From: Felis catus
Lineage: Eukaryota
DNA: 64,000 bases
NCBI RefSeq assembly: GCF_018350175.1
Contig: NC_058368.1
Coordinates: forward strand, 83,578,001 to 83,642,000
Direction: 5' to 3'
Part shown: in pieces, positions 11,925 to 24,879 of the stretch
How positions within the stretch are numbered: position 1 is the stretch's first letter
Layout of the letters: each line of letters begins with the position of its first letter
Notes under the pieces: generated by a model
Seen by the model: only the letters and a program-made list of their open reading frames with translations
Database searches by the model: none
Told to the model about the DNA's origin: nothing
Made by a program: the position numbers and the translations under genes

Positions 11925-13061
11925 CTATATATGGACTTTTGACTGTTTGGGGGGTTGACACTCCTAAACCTCATGTTTTAAACATGTAATTTTCTAAAAA
12001 TCCTGGGGTAACAACTTCTTTTTTTTTCTTTAGTTCTTAAATATACAACAGTGCATCTCACTTCTCATACTTTGTAATATTTCTGGGACACATATGTAGT
12101 AGAAAAATTTTAAACAAAAAACATTTTGGCAACCTCTAATAACATTGAGAAGTGTATGGCTAATAACAAAATCTACTTATAACTACATACTAAAAATAAT
12201 CTTACTTGTTATATTTATATGTATACAGAGATTAACAATGATATATATTTCACAATATTTTGTTGTAGCAAAAAGAGACATCAGTTTTTAATAATGAAAT
12301 AATTAAATGGAATTCAAAATAATGGAATGAAATTATGAAATTAATTTCTGGTTAAATTATGAAGTTATATTTTGGAGTAAATTGAACTGTGTATTTCTGA
12401 AAAGATAAACTTTCAAATATAATCATGTTAATGGACAATAGGTTTGGAACAATCTGTGGAATGAATGTAAATTTTAATAAGTTTTATAGACCCTGTCTTG
12501 ATTCCCACTGACCTTCTCTCTCTTCTTCCCTGGCATGGACCTCTTAATTTCCCAGCATCCTTTGGTGTGGCTATGTGACTTAGTTCTGACCAATGGTCTG
12601 TGAATGAAATTGTGAACCAATGCCAGGGCTGACTATTGAGAATCTCCCAGATTCTCCTCCATGATTTAGGATTTATGTTACCTAGAAATGGGCCTCCACT
12701 GTGTTTGCAGCATTATGTATTTTAAGGTTTGCTACAGTACTCACTTATGTAGTGAATAGACATATATTTACATCAATAAAATATTTGTTATTTGGAGACA
12801 TACATGAATGAAAATAACTTATGGGTTGTATGGTTCTCAAGATTGATGCTGCTTCTGTGAAAGGGATAAAGGATAGAGACACAGGGTGATTGACATTTTT
12901 CTTGAAATGATCTTTTTATTCTCTGTGAAGTCACACCTGACTTTACAGCACATTATAAGGTTGGGAAGGGGAAATTAATTTTAAAATTACCTGATGATGG
13001 TATCTTAGACTATACTTATATGACTATCTTTAGAAAAAAAAAACAAACTTTGTTTATGCAC

Positions 13062-13297
13062 TTATTTATTTTCTTATTTTTTTCAACTTTTTACTTAAAT
13101 TCTAGTAAGTTACCATATATTGTAAATTGATTTCTGGTGTAGAACTTAGCGATTCATCACTTACATATAACACCCAGTGCTCATCACAAATGCCCTCCTT
13201 AATACTCATCACCCATTTAGTCCAACCCTTCACCTCGCCTCTAGCACCCTTCAGTTTGTTTTCTGTATTTAAGAGTCTGTTTTTTTTTGTTTGCCTC

Positions 13298-13328
<31 letters not shown>

Positions 13329-13490
13329 TGCTCTCTCTCTCTCTTTTTCCCCTTTGTTCATTTGTTTTGTTTCTTAAATTCCACATATCAGTGAAATCAT
13401 ATGGTATTTGTATTTCTCTGACTGACTTATTTTGCTTAGGATAATACACTCTAGCTCCATCTACATCATTGCAAGATATAACTATATTCT
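13062..13490 (-). mobile_element. 5'-truncated carnivore L1 3' end
   Basis: Poly(T), 3'UTR (CDEHWVLYVSDES-type reading) and ORF2 terminus. Confidence 0.85.
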
Positions 13491-14607
13491 TTCTAATTAC
13501 TAAACCCCATTCTGGGATGGGCTTGGTATTTCAGAATTCTAGCTGCCATTTACTGCTTTCCATGTATGTTCAGGGGATTTTATATGTCCTATGGTGGAAG
13601 TTAGCAAATGGCCTTAGATAAACCAGTGCCCATTTGTGCCTCATTGGTTTCTCAGCCAGCAGAGTTAGTCTGTGTTACCCCTAAATTGGTTTCTGCTGAG
13701 ACAAGACAGCTGCTATTTAGAATTTGGGATGCCATGTTAGCATGCTCATGTTCTTCCCAGTATGCAACTGGCTGTGAAGTTCTTTAACCCAGAAACCTCT
13801 TCTTTGTACACCTAAGACTCTTTAAATTCACAGTTATTTCTAAATGTCCCCAATTAGGAAGCTCAGTAAATAATACTGAACTTTATTTGCCACAGCATTT
13901 TTTGAAGAAACCTGAGTATGTCAATGTGTGTATGTGTTTTATGTAGTATGTAAATGTTAGTTTTAATGTATCTAATTATGTTTAAGAAGTCTCATTTTTA
14001 GTCATCTGTAGAAAATGGTTTTGTTCATTATATTTCTTCAAGTGTTATTTTTTAACACATTTAAGAAGGCAGAAATTTTATGAAAAAATAATGCAAGCCT
14101 TTCTACCTAATGCATGTTGGTTAATTCTAAATTTGGATGAAGAATTCGAATAAAGGTCCTTACTATTCTCTGGAGGTTTTAGAAACCTGAAACCTTGTTA
14201 CTATGGGTTAGAAGTGATTCATTTGGCCAAATGCTGGTGGTATTACTATTTTTATACATTAATAAGAAATTTGAAAATTTTAGACTATTTTATAGCAACT
14301 ACTTATTTGATACTAATAAGAAATTGCATTTGAGTGCCTATAGCCCATCCATTTCAGTTTTTAACTCTAAATGGAAGAAATTTGGAGCAGCAATTGTTCC
14401 TCCCTGTCTGGGAATTCTTAGTATTAGACACTATGTATAATTTGATAAATAACTTTCCCAACTGCATAGCTCTTGTAAAATCTTATTAGTAGAGACTATG
14501 GAAAGTTATATTTTAGACACATTACTTAAAAGGATAGTCATTCTAAAAACATGTTTAAATAAATATTTTTGGTTCAAGATAGAGTAATTTTTAAAAATCT
14601 TTAGAAT

Positions 14608-14812
14608 AGGGGCATCTAGGTGGATCAGTTGGTTAAGCATCCAACTGTTGGTTTTGGTTCAGGTCATGATCTCATGGCTTCATGAGTTCGAGCCCCATGT
14701 CAGGTTCTGTGCTGGCAGTGCAGAGCCTGCTTGGAATTCTCTGTCTCTCCCTCTCCATGCCCTTCCCCCTCCCACACTGTATCTGTCTCTCTCAAAATAA
14801 ATACACAAACGT
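14608..14812 (+). mobile_element. CanSINE
   Basis: TSD aa(a/t)atcttt(a/g)gaata. Confidence 0.9.
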
Positions 14813-15825
14813 GAAATATCTTTGGAATAAAAAAAGCATATTTTATTTTATTTCATTTTATTTCATTTTGTCTCATTTTTTTCTCCATGTTTAGGGTGTT
14901 ATAAATGGAATCATCAAATGTATCATTATAGTCCAGAAAATTGAGGGATGATACATACAATTTTCAATTACTTTAAAGCATGCATATTGTATTAATTCAG
15001 TTTTACTGCAATAAAAATTTTGGAAATTGGTTTTCTGATATTGTTTCTCCAAACACTGCAAGATATTTATTTAACAGTTATGAACTAATCCAGTGTGTCA
15101 AGAGAAAAAAATGATCCATCTGATTCTTCACCAGTTGGACATAGCCCATTATATAATTGTAGACATGCATCCATGTCTGTGTTTTTATGGAACAGGTTCA
15201 TCAAGGACTCACATACTCCAAATATCCCCCTCCTACCTCCAATCCATCCTGGTGTCAAAGTATGGCCCATTCCATTTAGATCAACACCATTTAGTTCATT
15301 TTTACTCACTTGCTCTCTCTACTTGTGATGCTGCTGCACTTCCCCAATTGACCACTAATGTAACATTTCTAAAATGCATATCTAAACATTCTACTACTGT
15401 TTGTAAAACTCTGGGTCACAGAAGGAAAAGAAACTGAAGGAAAAGAAGTGCCTTTTCTGTGGTATCTTGCCCCTGAGAAAGCCTCCATTGCCCCAGCCTC
15501 CCATACTCATCAGAGAGCACATTTAGTCAACATTCAACATAGGGCCCCAGATTCTGACCTCAGTCCCCCTTTTTTGACCAAATTTCTGTATAACAGGTAG
15601 AACAGATGTGTCATTGTGAGCTGTGCACTCTCACATGAGCATCAAGGCATATCATATACTGTATGGCACTTGTTTGCATATCAAACTATGCAGGCTCAAA
15701 TTCCTTGAAAATAGCAACAATGCAGTATTCAGATTTTAATCTCATTTAGCTATTTTGAAATATAATATACTATAAAATATCTATTGAATAATTAAATAAA
15801 TGAGTGAATATTTGATATCCTGATT

Positions 15826-15830
15826 ATCTC

Positions 15831-15876
<46 letters not shown>

Positions 15877-15886
15877 GTCTCTCTCT
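15826..15886. repeat. (CT)n microsatellite
   Basis: Read directly from the sequence. Confidence 0.9.
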
Positions 15887-16742
15887 GCCTAATAAATTAC
15901 ATACTTCAAAACTTGGCTCAGATGTCACTTGAAGCAAGGAATCTCTCCTAAATGGAAGGAAGCTTCCATTCTGAGTTCATATTTTTCCTACAGTTTCTTA
16001 TACAGTAGGGATGCAAAGCCCATCATTTGCTGGGGCTTTTAACCACTAGATGCCTTCAGTTTTGGACCATGTACACTTGATGTGCATTATTATGGTATAG
16101 CAAATTAAGGGATGATACAAAGTAGGAAGAGACAGGATTGTCCCAGTGATAATTAGTAACATTTAAATGAGCATCTTTTATAAGATATGTGATTTACACT
16201 ACCATCAAACAGAACACAAACTAAAAAAGGGAGGAAGACTGACATTTTAACTGCTTGTGTGCGATAATTATATATTTACAGAAAATTAGAATGAATAAGA
16301 ATGGTACAAACCACATTCACATACCTTTTACCATGACTCAACAATTCTTAACACTTTTTACCTCTTTTTCTTCATCACCTTTCTTCTTTCACTTTAAAAT
16401 GGATTTTATAGACTCAGATGAACTTTTTTTTCTTTAAATATTTTAATTTATGTATTTTTAAGAATATGTAAGTTCTTCTACAGAGTCGGGATGCAGTTCA
16501 GTAAATACAATTCAACAACTTCAGTAAATATAACATCAATATAATTATATAATATATTTTGAAAGGAGAAGAATTAGAAAATTTAAGAGTTTTATAGTAC
16601 AGGCAGGCAATTCTTCAAAAAAAAATGTAAAAGTGAGATAAGACACCACGGTGTAAAATTCTAAGAAATAAAGTTGACATAAATTTCTGAACTTACAATG
16701 TGTAAAGAGAAGGAAAAACAATAATGTCAAGGTTTTCTACTT

Positions 16743-17699
16743 TTAAGTTTCGTGAAAGACACGTTCCACATTCCACATTTTCTTCAGAGCCCCAATAACA
16801 TCCTTATTTCTTAGACTATAGATCAAAGGGTTGAGCACAGGAGTGAGTATTGTGTAAAAGACAGATACCATCATGTCCTTCTCAGGTGTATGGTAGGACT
16901 TGGGGAGCATGTAAGTATAAATGGCAGCCCCATAGAAGAGGATGACCACAGTCATGTGGGAAGAACAAGTGGCAAAGGCCTTCTTTTGGCCTTCTGCTGA
17001 GTTCATCCTATGGATGGTGATGAGGATAAAGTAGTAGGATCCTGAAATGACTGTCACAGGAATGAGAAGCATGAGGACACAGCACAAGTACATGAAAATC
17101 TCATAGATGGAGGTGTCTGAACAAGAGAGTTTCAACACCGCTGGGACTTCACAGAAGAAATGATGGATCTCCCGAGATCTGCAGAAGGGGAAGGTCATGG
17201 TGATGGGAGTGAACAAGAAGCCATCCACTGAACCCAGGAACCAGCAGCCAGATGCTAGAAGGAGAAACACCCTAGGGTTCATGAGGACTGGGTAACGGAG
17301 GGGATGGCAGATGGCTACATAGCGGTCATAGGCCATAGAGGCTAGAAGAAAAAATTCTGAACCTGCTAGTGTCACATAGAGAAACATCTGTATCCCACAT
17401 TCTGTGGTTGAGATCTTGTTCATACCCATGACTTGGTCCATGAGCATCTTCGGCACAGTAACAGAAATGTACATTATGTCCATGAGAGACAGCTGGCTGA
17501 TGAAAAAGTACATGGGGGTGTGGAGGTAGGCATCAGAATGTATCAGTAGGATCAGAATGGTGTTTCCAGTCAAGGCCATCAGGAAAGCCACAAAAATCAC
17601 CAAACAAAGGAGAGCTGGGTGTTTGGATTCACTGAAGATTCCCACCAGGATGAAATCTGACCTCGCAGTGTAGTTAGCCACCCAGTTGGTTTTCTCCAT
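16743..17699 (-). CDS. Olfactory receptor, family 2 subfamily T (OR2T4/OR2T5/OR2T29-like), intact, 318 aa
   Basis: Single-exon ORF with OR motifs: GN in TM1, [54 protein letters not shown], and N-glycosylation sequon NYT. SKHPALL and [19 protein letters not shown] match the OR2T4/5/29 clade as recalled; the exact orthologue cannot be assigned. Confidence 0.95.
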   Translation of the reverse strand: MEKTNWVANYTARSDFILVGIFSESKHPALLCLVIFVAFLMALTGNTILILLIHSDAYLHTPMYFFISQLSLMDIMYISVTVPKMLMDQVMGMNKISTTECGIQMFLYVTLAGSEFFLLASMAYDRYVAICHPLRYPVLMNPRVFLLLASGCWFLGSVDGFLFTPITMTFPFCRSREIHHFFCEVPAVLKLSCSDTSIYEIFMYLCCVLMLLIPVTVISGSYYFILITIHRMNSAEGQKKAFATCSSHMTVVILFYGAAIYTYMLPKSYHTPEKDMMVSVFYTILTPVLNPLIYSLRNKDVIGALKKMWNVERVFHET

Positions 17700-18951
17700 G
17701 AGATTTCACTTGGACAACATAGGAAACCTTTAGGATTAATGAATCACTCATGGGACACCACACACTTAAATGAATGTTTAGTGGGAGAGAGAAAGAGAGA
17801 GAGGAAAAAAATGATTATGTTGACAGAAAGAAATTCCATGGTCCTATAGATTTGTAGATTAAAATTACCTGTAATTCCATAAATATACCAGAAAACTAAT
17901 AATACACAAATATGAGTAAAGAGAATTTATAACATATAGTGAGGTTGCATTGTTCAAAGTCATGAGCTTACTTTTTGATACAGTCTCCTTTACCAGTAGC
18001 CATGTAAATTTGTTTAGCTATTGCCCTAAACAACACCAAAGATGAAAGATGAATATATATATATATATATATCACTCTTCTAGAATATATATATATATAA
18101 AATCACTCTTCTAGAATTTTTGTTGTAGATCTCAGAATTTCATTAACCTCTCTTGTCTAAAGATCCAACTGAGATCTTGAATACTCTCCATGGTGTATTC
18201 TGTATAAGAAAATTTTAACATTTTGCAGAGCATAGACATATCAAATCATTGCATTCTACAACTGAAACTGATAGAATATTATAAGTCAATAGTATGCCCC
18301 CCTAAAAGAGAACAATCTAAAAAGTAACCATGACACAATTTGGGGAAAAATCTATATGAAATGTTTGAACCCCCTTTTTCCTATAAGAATGAATCACACT
18401 GTGAGGCACTGTGATTGTATGGAGTAAGCCACAAATCCTCCAAAACAGGCCATGGTCATCACCAATATACCAATCCCTTAGATAGCCTAGGGACATCATT
18501 TTGGAGTCCAGACTCTGAGGCCAGACTGTGGCTGTGGGTCCAGCTTATCCTCTACACCCTATTGCTCCATCTGCTCTACATACAGAAAAAGATGATAAGT
18601 ATAATGTCTTGCCTTATGTATAGTTAGGAGTAAATGATGAAGTGCTTAGAATATTACTAGTTACAGATGAATAAGCATATAGTATATAGTGTTAGTTTAA
18701 ATGATTAACTATAGTAGTAATTATGCAGAATCTATGTAGGAGATAGGTGGTACATTATCATTTGATAATATAAGATCCATTTTGTCAGTTCACCAGTTTA
18801 ATAACTATCTATGCATTTAAGAATTTGATTTGATCATCTTTTTAGTCCTAGACAACTAGTGTGTGTATATATGCATATATGTATTATACACATTCTTATT
18901 ATGTATGCATATAATTATTTTATATAAATATATAAACTTTAAATAATAAAA

Positions 18952-19140
18952 GGGGCTCCTGGGTGGCTTGGTCAGTTATGTGTCTGAATCTTGATTTCAA
19001 CTCAGGCCATGATCTCACAGTTCATCAGATTGAGTCCTGCATTGGGCTACACACTATCAGCATGAAGCCTGCTCGAGATTTTCTCTCTCCCTCTCTCTCT
19101 GCTTCTCTCTCTCAAAGTAAATAAATAAAAGAACTTTAAA
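18952..19140 (+). mobile_element. CanSINE
   Basis: Head and tail; TSD aactttaaaa. Confidence 0.88.
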
Positions 19141-21516
19141 AAATGAAAATATGTATATATTTCTTATCTTAACCCTGATTAAGCAGAGTTTTATGTAAAA
19201 ATCCATCCAATTTGTATCTAGTACATGTTTTTCCAAGTTGAAATTCATCTCCTTAAAGTTTCTACCATTTGCTTTAAATTTCAGAGGACAAGAAATAGGA
19301 TTTAGAGGGGCATTGCCATTTTTCAGAGAGGACTTTACTTTTTTTCCCAAATGTTACCTACTTTAATGCACAAAGCAATTAATTGTTCATGAAACTGACA
19401 TGCAGAGAGGAAAACTGAACAACACTAAGATATTTCTGACTTCAATTTACTGTTTCTTCTCCTATCTTGCTGTTCATAGCCAGCCTCTCTATCAGACACT
19501 GAGGATGAATGAAAACCACATTAAACTTAGCTAAAATTAATGGAGGTCATAGTCAGTCTGTTCAGAAACTGAAATAGAAATGTGATTTACAACAGAATTC
19601 TAAAAAAGCTATAAAATAAGTAAAACAATGAACACAAAATACATCTGACCTTTATTAAGAGAATAAGTATTACCTTCTTTTACACTTTCTCTTATTAAAT
19701 TTAAATCTATACAACTTTTTAATTTCTGACATATTAAGTGTCAAAGTTCAAAATCCCTTCAAAGAGGAAGGAAATATTGGCTCTTCTTTCTGGGAAGTGT
19801 TTAGAGGCAGTTATGGTATCTGGATATTTCAGGAAGTATTTCCAAGTTTCAAATGAATTTTATAGTTGTGTAATAATTCTAAAGCTAATTAAAAATAAGA
19901 TGTTAAAGCAGTTGAGAACACGGAAAATGATTTTGTTTTCTTAATAAAAATATACAACAAAATTTTGACACATATATATAGTCTTTCTATATATATAGTC
20001 TTTTGACACAAATATAGTCTTTCTATGATATCCCACCCTCACTGATAGATGATATCTGAGCACTCTGAAAAATAAAAACAACAGTTTGATAAACTACAAA
20101 ACACACCTGCTGACAAAGTCTATATTTGTGATCAAAATAAAGTGAGGACCAGCATAGGGGGCAACAAATGTGAAGAATTTGAAGCTGCTTGCTGGGTGAA
20201 TGGAGGGAGACCAGAAGGGTACCAGGGAGAGGGGGTCACTGGGAAATTTCTGCTGCACTTTTGTACTGTGGGTCACTGAACAGCCCACCTGGGATACCAG
20301 ACACACAAGGGAACACGGTCTGTACCGTGCATGGCAACTGGCCCCTCTGTTCATTGTTACTCTTCTCTAATATAATTCCTTAAGTTTAATGTAAACAACT
20401 TAGTATATATTAACACAGAAAATTATTGACAGTGGTGGTGGATTAATATCAAACCTTTATTTGAATCTCACAGCATCCTAGAAATTGTTCTAATGCTTTA
20501 TTATATTTTATCTTTCCCAAGTCCCTATGAAGTACATATTCATCTTATTTTCTCCTTTTACACATTAAAGAATTCAAATTTTGAGGATCTGCTTAACACC
20601 ACATAACTACACTGAGTGAAAACTAATGTCTCAGACCAATTTGAGCCCACAGGTTGTAACTATGCCTCAGATTTTGGGAGGACATAGTCTTTCCATAGTA
20701 TAGATAACTTGGGTATTAGGGCACCCACTGTCAGTTTCATTAGAAAATATAAATATGGTTGAGATATTTCTTTCTACTAGTTTCTAACCCAGAAATGATG
20801 CCCGCTCAAAGTAAAATCAGTAGCTCCTCTGTAGAATCTCAGTCTCAGGAAAAAAAAAAATGCATTATCCAATCATATAGCAAAACTGTATCTTCTTCTG
20901 GCCACAAGTAATTGGAAAGCAAAAACCTATTTTTTTTAAATGTGCTATACAAAAATATTCAAGAGAAAAGTACTTTTTTTTTTTTTCTACTTACAAATAG
21001 ATAAAAAAAAATTTAGGACATTTTTTCAGCAACCAGTGGAAAATATCAGAAACAGAGGAACAAATCAAGATAGCTAGAATATAATCACCCTTTTTGCACT
21101 TGTAGATCTGTTTGTCTGGTTGAATCCACCATCAGATGATATAGCCGGTCTCATGCAGATGGACTAATGGAGTGTGACCACGTTAAGTGTACAGAGAGAA
21201 GTAGGAGATCTTTACTATGCCCATTAAGCAGGTGGATGATTTCCTTTCAATAAATCCCTTCTGAGACTATAAAGAAGAATGCAATTATAAGAGCTAAAAA
21301 AAAAAAAAAAAAAAAAAAAGCTAATACATATCCCGGTTGCGCTAACCTGATACTTTTTTTCTTTTTTAAGTCTTTTAATGTTAATGTCAATACATATCAA
21401 AATCTTAAAGACCGCTAATACTACTCAAAAATCACATCACTAATGAATCCTCAGCTATGACATATATGAAATAGTTTTCATGTAGCCTTTTAATTTTAGA
21501 AAATAAATATTTCCTG

Positions 21517-21700
21517 TAAGTGTAAATATATATATGTGTATATATATATGTGTATATATATAAGTGTATATATATAAGTGTAAATATAAAATATATATAT
21601 AAATGTATATATATTATATATATATAAATATACACACATTTATATATATAAATATGTATATATATGTATATATATGTATATATATTTACACTTACATATA
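21517..21700. repeat. (TA)n-rich degenerate microsatellite
   Basis: Read directly from the sequence. Confidence 0.9.
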
Positions 21701-21838
21701 AATTTTAAGTTCAAGGAAAATATTTGGAATATATATTTTTCTTTTTAAGTTTTACTAATATAGAATCTAAAATTCATAGTTCAATTAATTTTTCAAATAT
21801 AATACCATTAATTAGTACTATTGTTGAAAATAAAATTG

Positions 21839-22339
21839 AGGGTGCCTGGGTGGCTCAGTCAAGCATCTGACTTTGGTTCAGGTCATGATCTCATGGTTTG
21901 TGGGCTTGACCCCCGCATCGGGCTCTGTGCTGACAGCTCATAGCCTGGAGCCTGCTTCAGATTCTGTGTCTCCCTCTCTCTCTGTCCCTCCCCCCTCACA
22001 CTCTGTCTCTATTTCTGCCTCTCTCTCTCTCTTTCTCTCAAAAATAAATACTTAAAAAAGTTAAAAAAAAGAACCTAAAATTGAGGTGGTCTCTTTCACG
22101 TTTTTTTAAAAGACTTTTTTTTTTTTAATGATTATTCATTGTTGAGGGAGAGAGAGAGACAGAGTGAGCGGGGGACGGGCAGAGAGAGAGGGAAACAGAA
22201 TCTCAAGCAGGCTCCAGGCTCCGAGCTGTCAGCACGGGGCCTGATGTGGGTCTCGAACTCACAAACTGTGAGATGATGACCCGAACTGAAGTCTGATGCT
22301 TAACTGACTGAACCACCCAGGGGCCCCTGATCTCCTTAA

Positions 22340-22372
<33 letters not shown>

Positions 22373-22486
22373 GTTTTGTTTTGTTTTGTTTTATTTTGAC
22401 CCGTCTTCATTGGATTGCTGATTGTATACTTTCTGCTGTTATTCACATGGAATCTACAATATTTTAAAAAATTTTAATGTTTATTT

Positions 22487-22532
<46 letters not shown>

Positions 22533-23037
22533 AACAGAGCACAAGCAGGGGAGGAGCAGAGAGAGAGGGAGACACAGAATCTGAAGCAGGTTCCAGGCTC
22601 TGAGCTGTCAGCACAGAGCCTCAAGTGGAGCTCAAACTCTGGACCTGGGAGATCATGGCTTGAGCTGAAGTCAGATGCTTAACTGAGCCACACAGGTGCC
22701 CCTATGTTATTTTAATGTTACTTTTTTTTAATCAAAATTTTCCAATTTTTTGAATTTTTAAAAAATATATCTTATGTTTTAAAACATAAGGTAAATATAT
22801 CTTATATCTTGTGTTATCTTATATCTTTAGATATGGTATCTTATCTAAATATATCTTATGTTTTAAAACATAAGGGGGGGGGGCGGGGAGAGGAGCAGAG
22901 AGAGAAGAAAACACAGAATCTGAAGCATCTCCAGGCTCTAAGCTGTCAACACAGGGCCCAAAGTGGGGCTCAAACTCACAGTGAGATCATGACCTGAGCC
23001 AAAGTCAAATGCTTAACTGACTGAGCGACCCAGGCAC
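21839..23037. mobile_element. Cluster of four CanSINEs: 21839-22070 (+), 22115-22328 (-), 22470-22702 (-), 22875-23037 (-)
   Basis: Each has a head and (CT)/(GA) tract. The first has TSD taaaattgagg. A (TTTTG)n tract lies at ~22342-22390. Confidence 0.9.
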
Positions 23038-23815
23038 TTTCTTTTTTAATTTTTAACAAAACATTTCCAATTGAAATGAGTAAGTCAAAAGATTAAAAAG
23101 CAGAACATAAAGAATATAGTCAGTGATACTGTAATAGTGATGTAATAGAATAGATGGTAGCTATATTTGTGGGGGACATAGCATAATGTATAAACTTGTC
23201 AAATCACTAAGTTGTATCCCTGAAATTAATGTAACATTGTATGTCAGCTATACTCAAATTTTTTAAAAAAACTTCCAGTTTTATTGAGACATAATTGACA
23301 TATAACATTGCCTGAGTTTAAAATGTATGAGGTAATTTGATATGGGTATATACTGCAAAATTCTTTACTACAATAAAATTAGTAAACATATCACTCAATT
23401 CACATAATTGCCATTTTGTTGTTGTTACAGTGAGAACATTAACTCTGTACTTTCATAGCAACTTTCAAGTATACAATGCAATATTGTAACCTATAGTTAC
23501 CATATTATAATGTATAAGGTTAAAGTAGATAACATGCTGATTTGATACATATTTATATTGTAAAACACACCTTCATCACATCGAATAATTACAATTATGT
23601 GACAATTTTTTTGTGGTGAGAATAAGATCTACCCTTTTAACAGATTTACATTCCTATAATCCAAAATCACAAGGCTGTTATTAACTTCAGAATGTATTCA
23701 TCTAACTGGAAATTTGTGTGCTTTGACCAAACCTTTCCCACTTCCCTCACCTCCAATCCCTGGTAGCCATCACTGTACTCTGTTTCTGAGTTTGGCTTTT
23801 TAAGATTCTACATAC

Positions 23816-24018
23816 GGGGTGCCTGGGTGGCTCAATTGGTTAAGCATCTGACTTAGCTCAGGTCATGATCTCATGGTTTGTGGGTTCCAGCCCCATGTCA
23901 GACTCTGTGCTGACAGCTCAGAGCCTGGAGCGTGCTTCAGATTCTGTCTCCCTCTCTCTCTCTCTGTCCCTCCCCCACTCATATTCTGTCTCTCTCTCAA
24001 AAATAAACATTAAAAAAT
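23816..24018 (+). mobile_element. CanSINE
   Basis: TSD taagattc(t/c)ac(a/g)tac. Confidence 0.92.
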
Positions 24019-24879
24019 AAGATTCCACGTACAAGTGATATTACACAGTATTTGTCTTTCTCTCTCTGACTTACTACAGTAAGCATAATAGCTCCAAGTT
24101 GCTGCAATTGCCAGGATTTCTTCTTTCTCACATGAATAATACTCTATTACATATATGTAAATCTATACATATATCTAAATCTGTTTCTATTTGTATACAT
24201 AGATATAGATTATATATCTACAATCAATATCTACTCTGTCTCTATATCTAAATCTCATATATTCTTTATACATTCATCTGTTGATAGATACCTAGCTTTT
24301 TTTTTTTTAACATACTAGTTATTGTGAATATGCTGCAATAAACATGGGAGTTCAGATAACTCTTTGAGATCTTGCTTACATTTCCTTGGATACATACCAA
24401 GAAGTGGGATTATTGGATCATATGAGTTCAATTATTATTTTTTTGAAGGACTTCCATACTGTCTTCCATAGTGGAAATATTTTCTCCAGTTATGTAGTCA
24501 TCTTTTCATTTTGTTTATTTCTTTCTTTTGTTGTGGCGAAGCTTTTTAGTTTTTTGTAGTCTTACTTTCTAATTTTTATTTTTGTTGTTTGTGCTTTTCT
24601 TGTCATACTCTTAAATCATTGACAAGACCTATGTCAAAGAGCTTTTGCTCTATATTTTCTTCCAACACTTTTAAAGTTCCAGGTATTACATTTAAGTCTT
24701 AAAGCCATTTCAAGTTAATTTGTGGTAGAGGTATAAAATAGGGGTAAAATGTTATTATTTTGCATTATTTTGGCATATACTTTACGCAACATAATTTATT
24801 AAAAAGATTATCCTTTCTCAGTTAATATTCTTGGTTACCTTTTCAAATATTAGGTGACCATATTTATATTGTTGTATTT

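Larger units (their letters stand above)
10790..11980 (+). mobile_element. Tigger2/MER8-like DNA transposon 3' end, interrupted by a solo LTR and two SINEs
   Basis: The joined pieces read cttcatgattttcttaataatatttt...cttactttattgtaagaatatagtat...ttttggggggattcaaaagttatatgtggactttt...ctcctaaacc, matching the recalled Tigger2 terminus. Confidence 0.7.

Noticed and set aside
20090..21420. OR promoter with O/E and homeodomain sites
   Set aside because: The position is plausible and the region is repeat-poor, but I see only partial motif matches, as expected by chance in AT-rich DNA.
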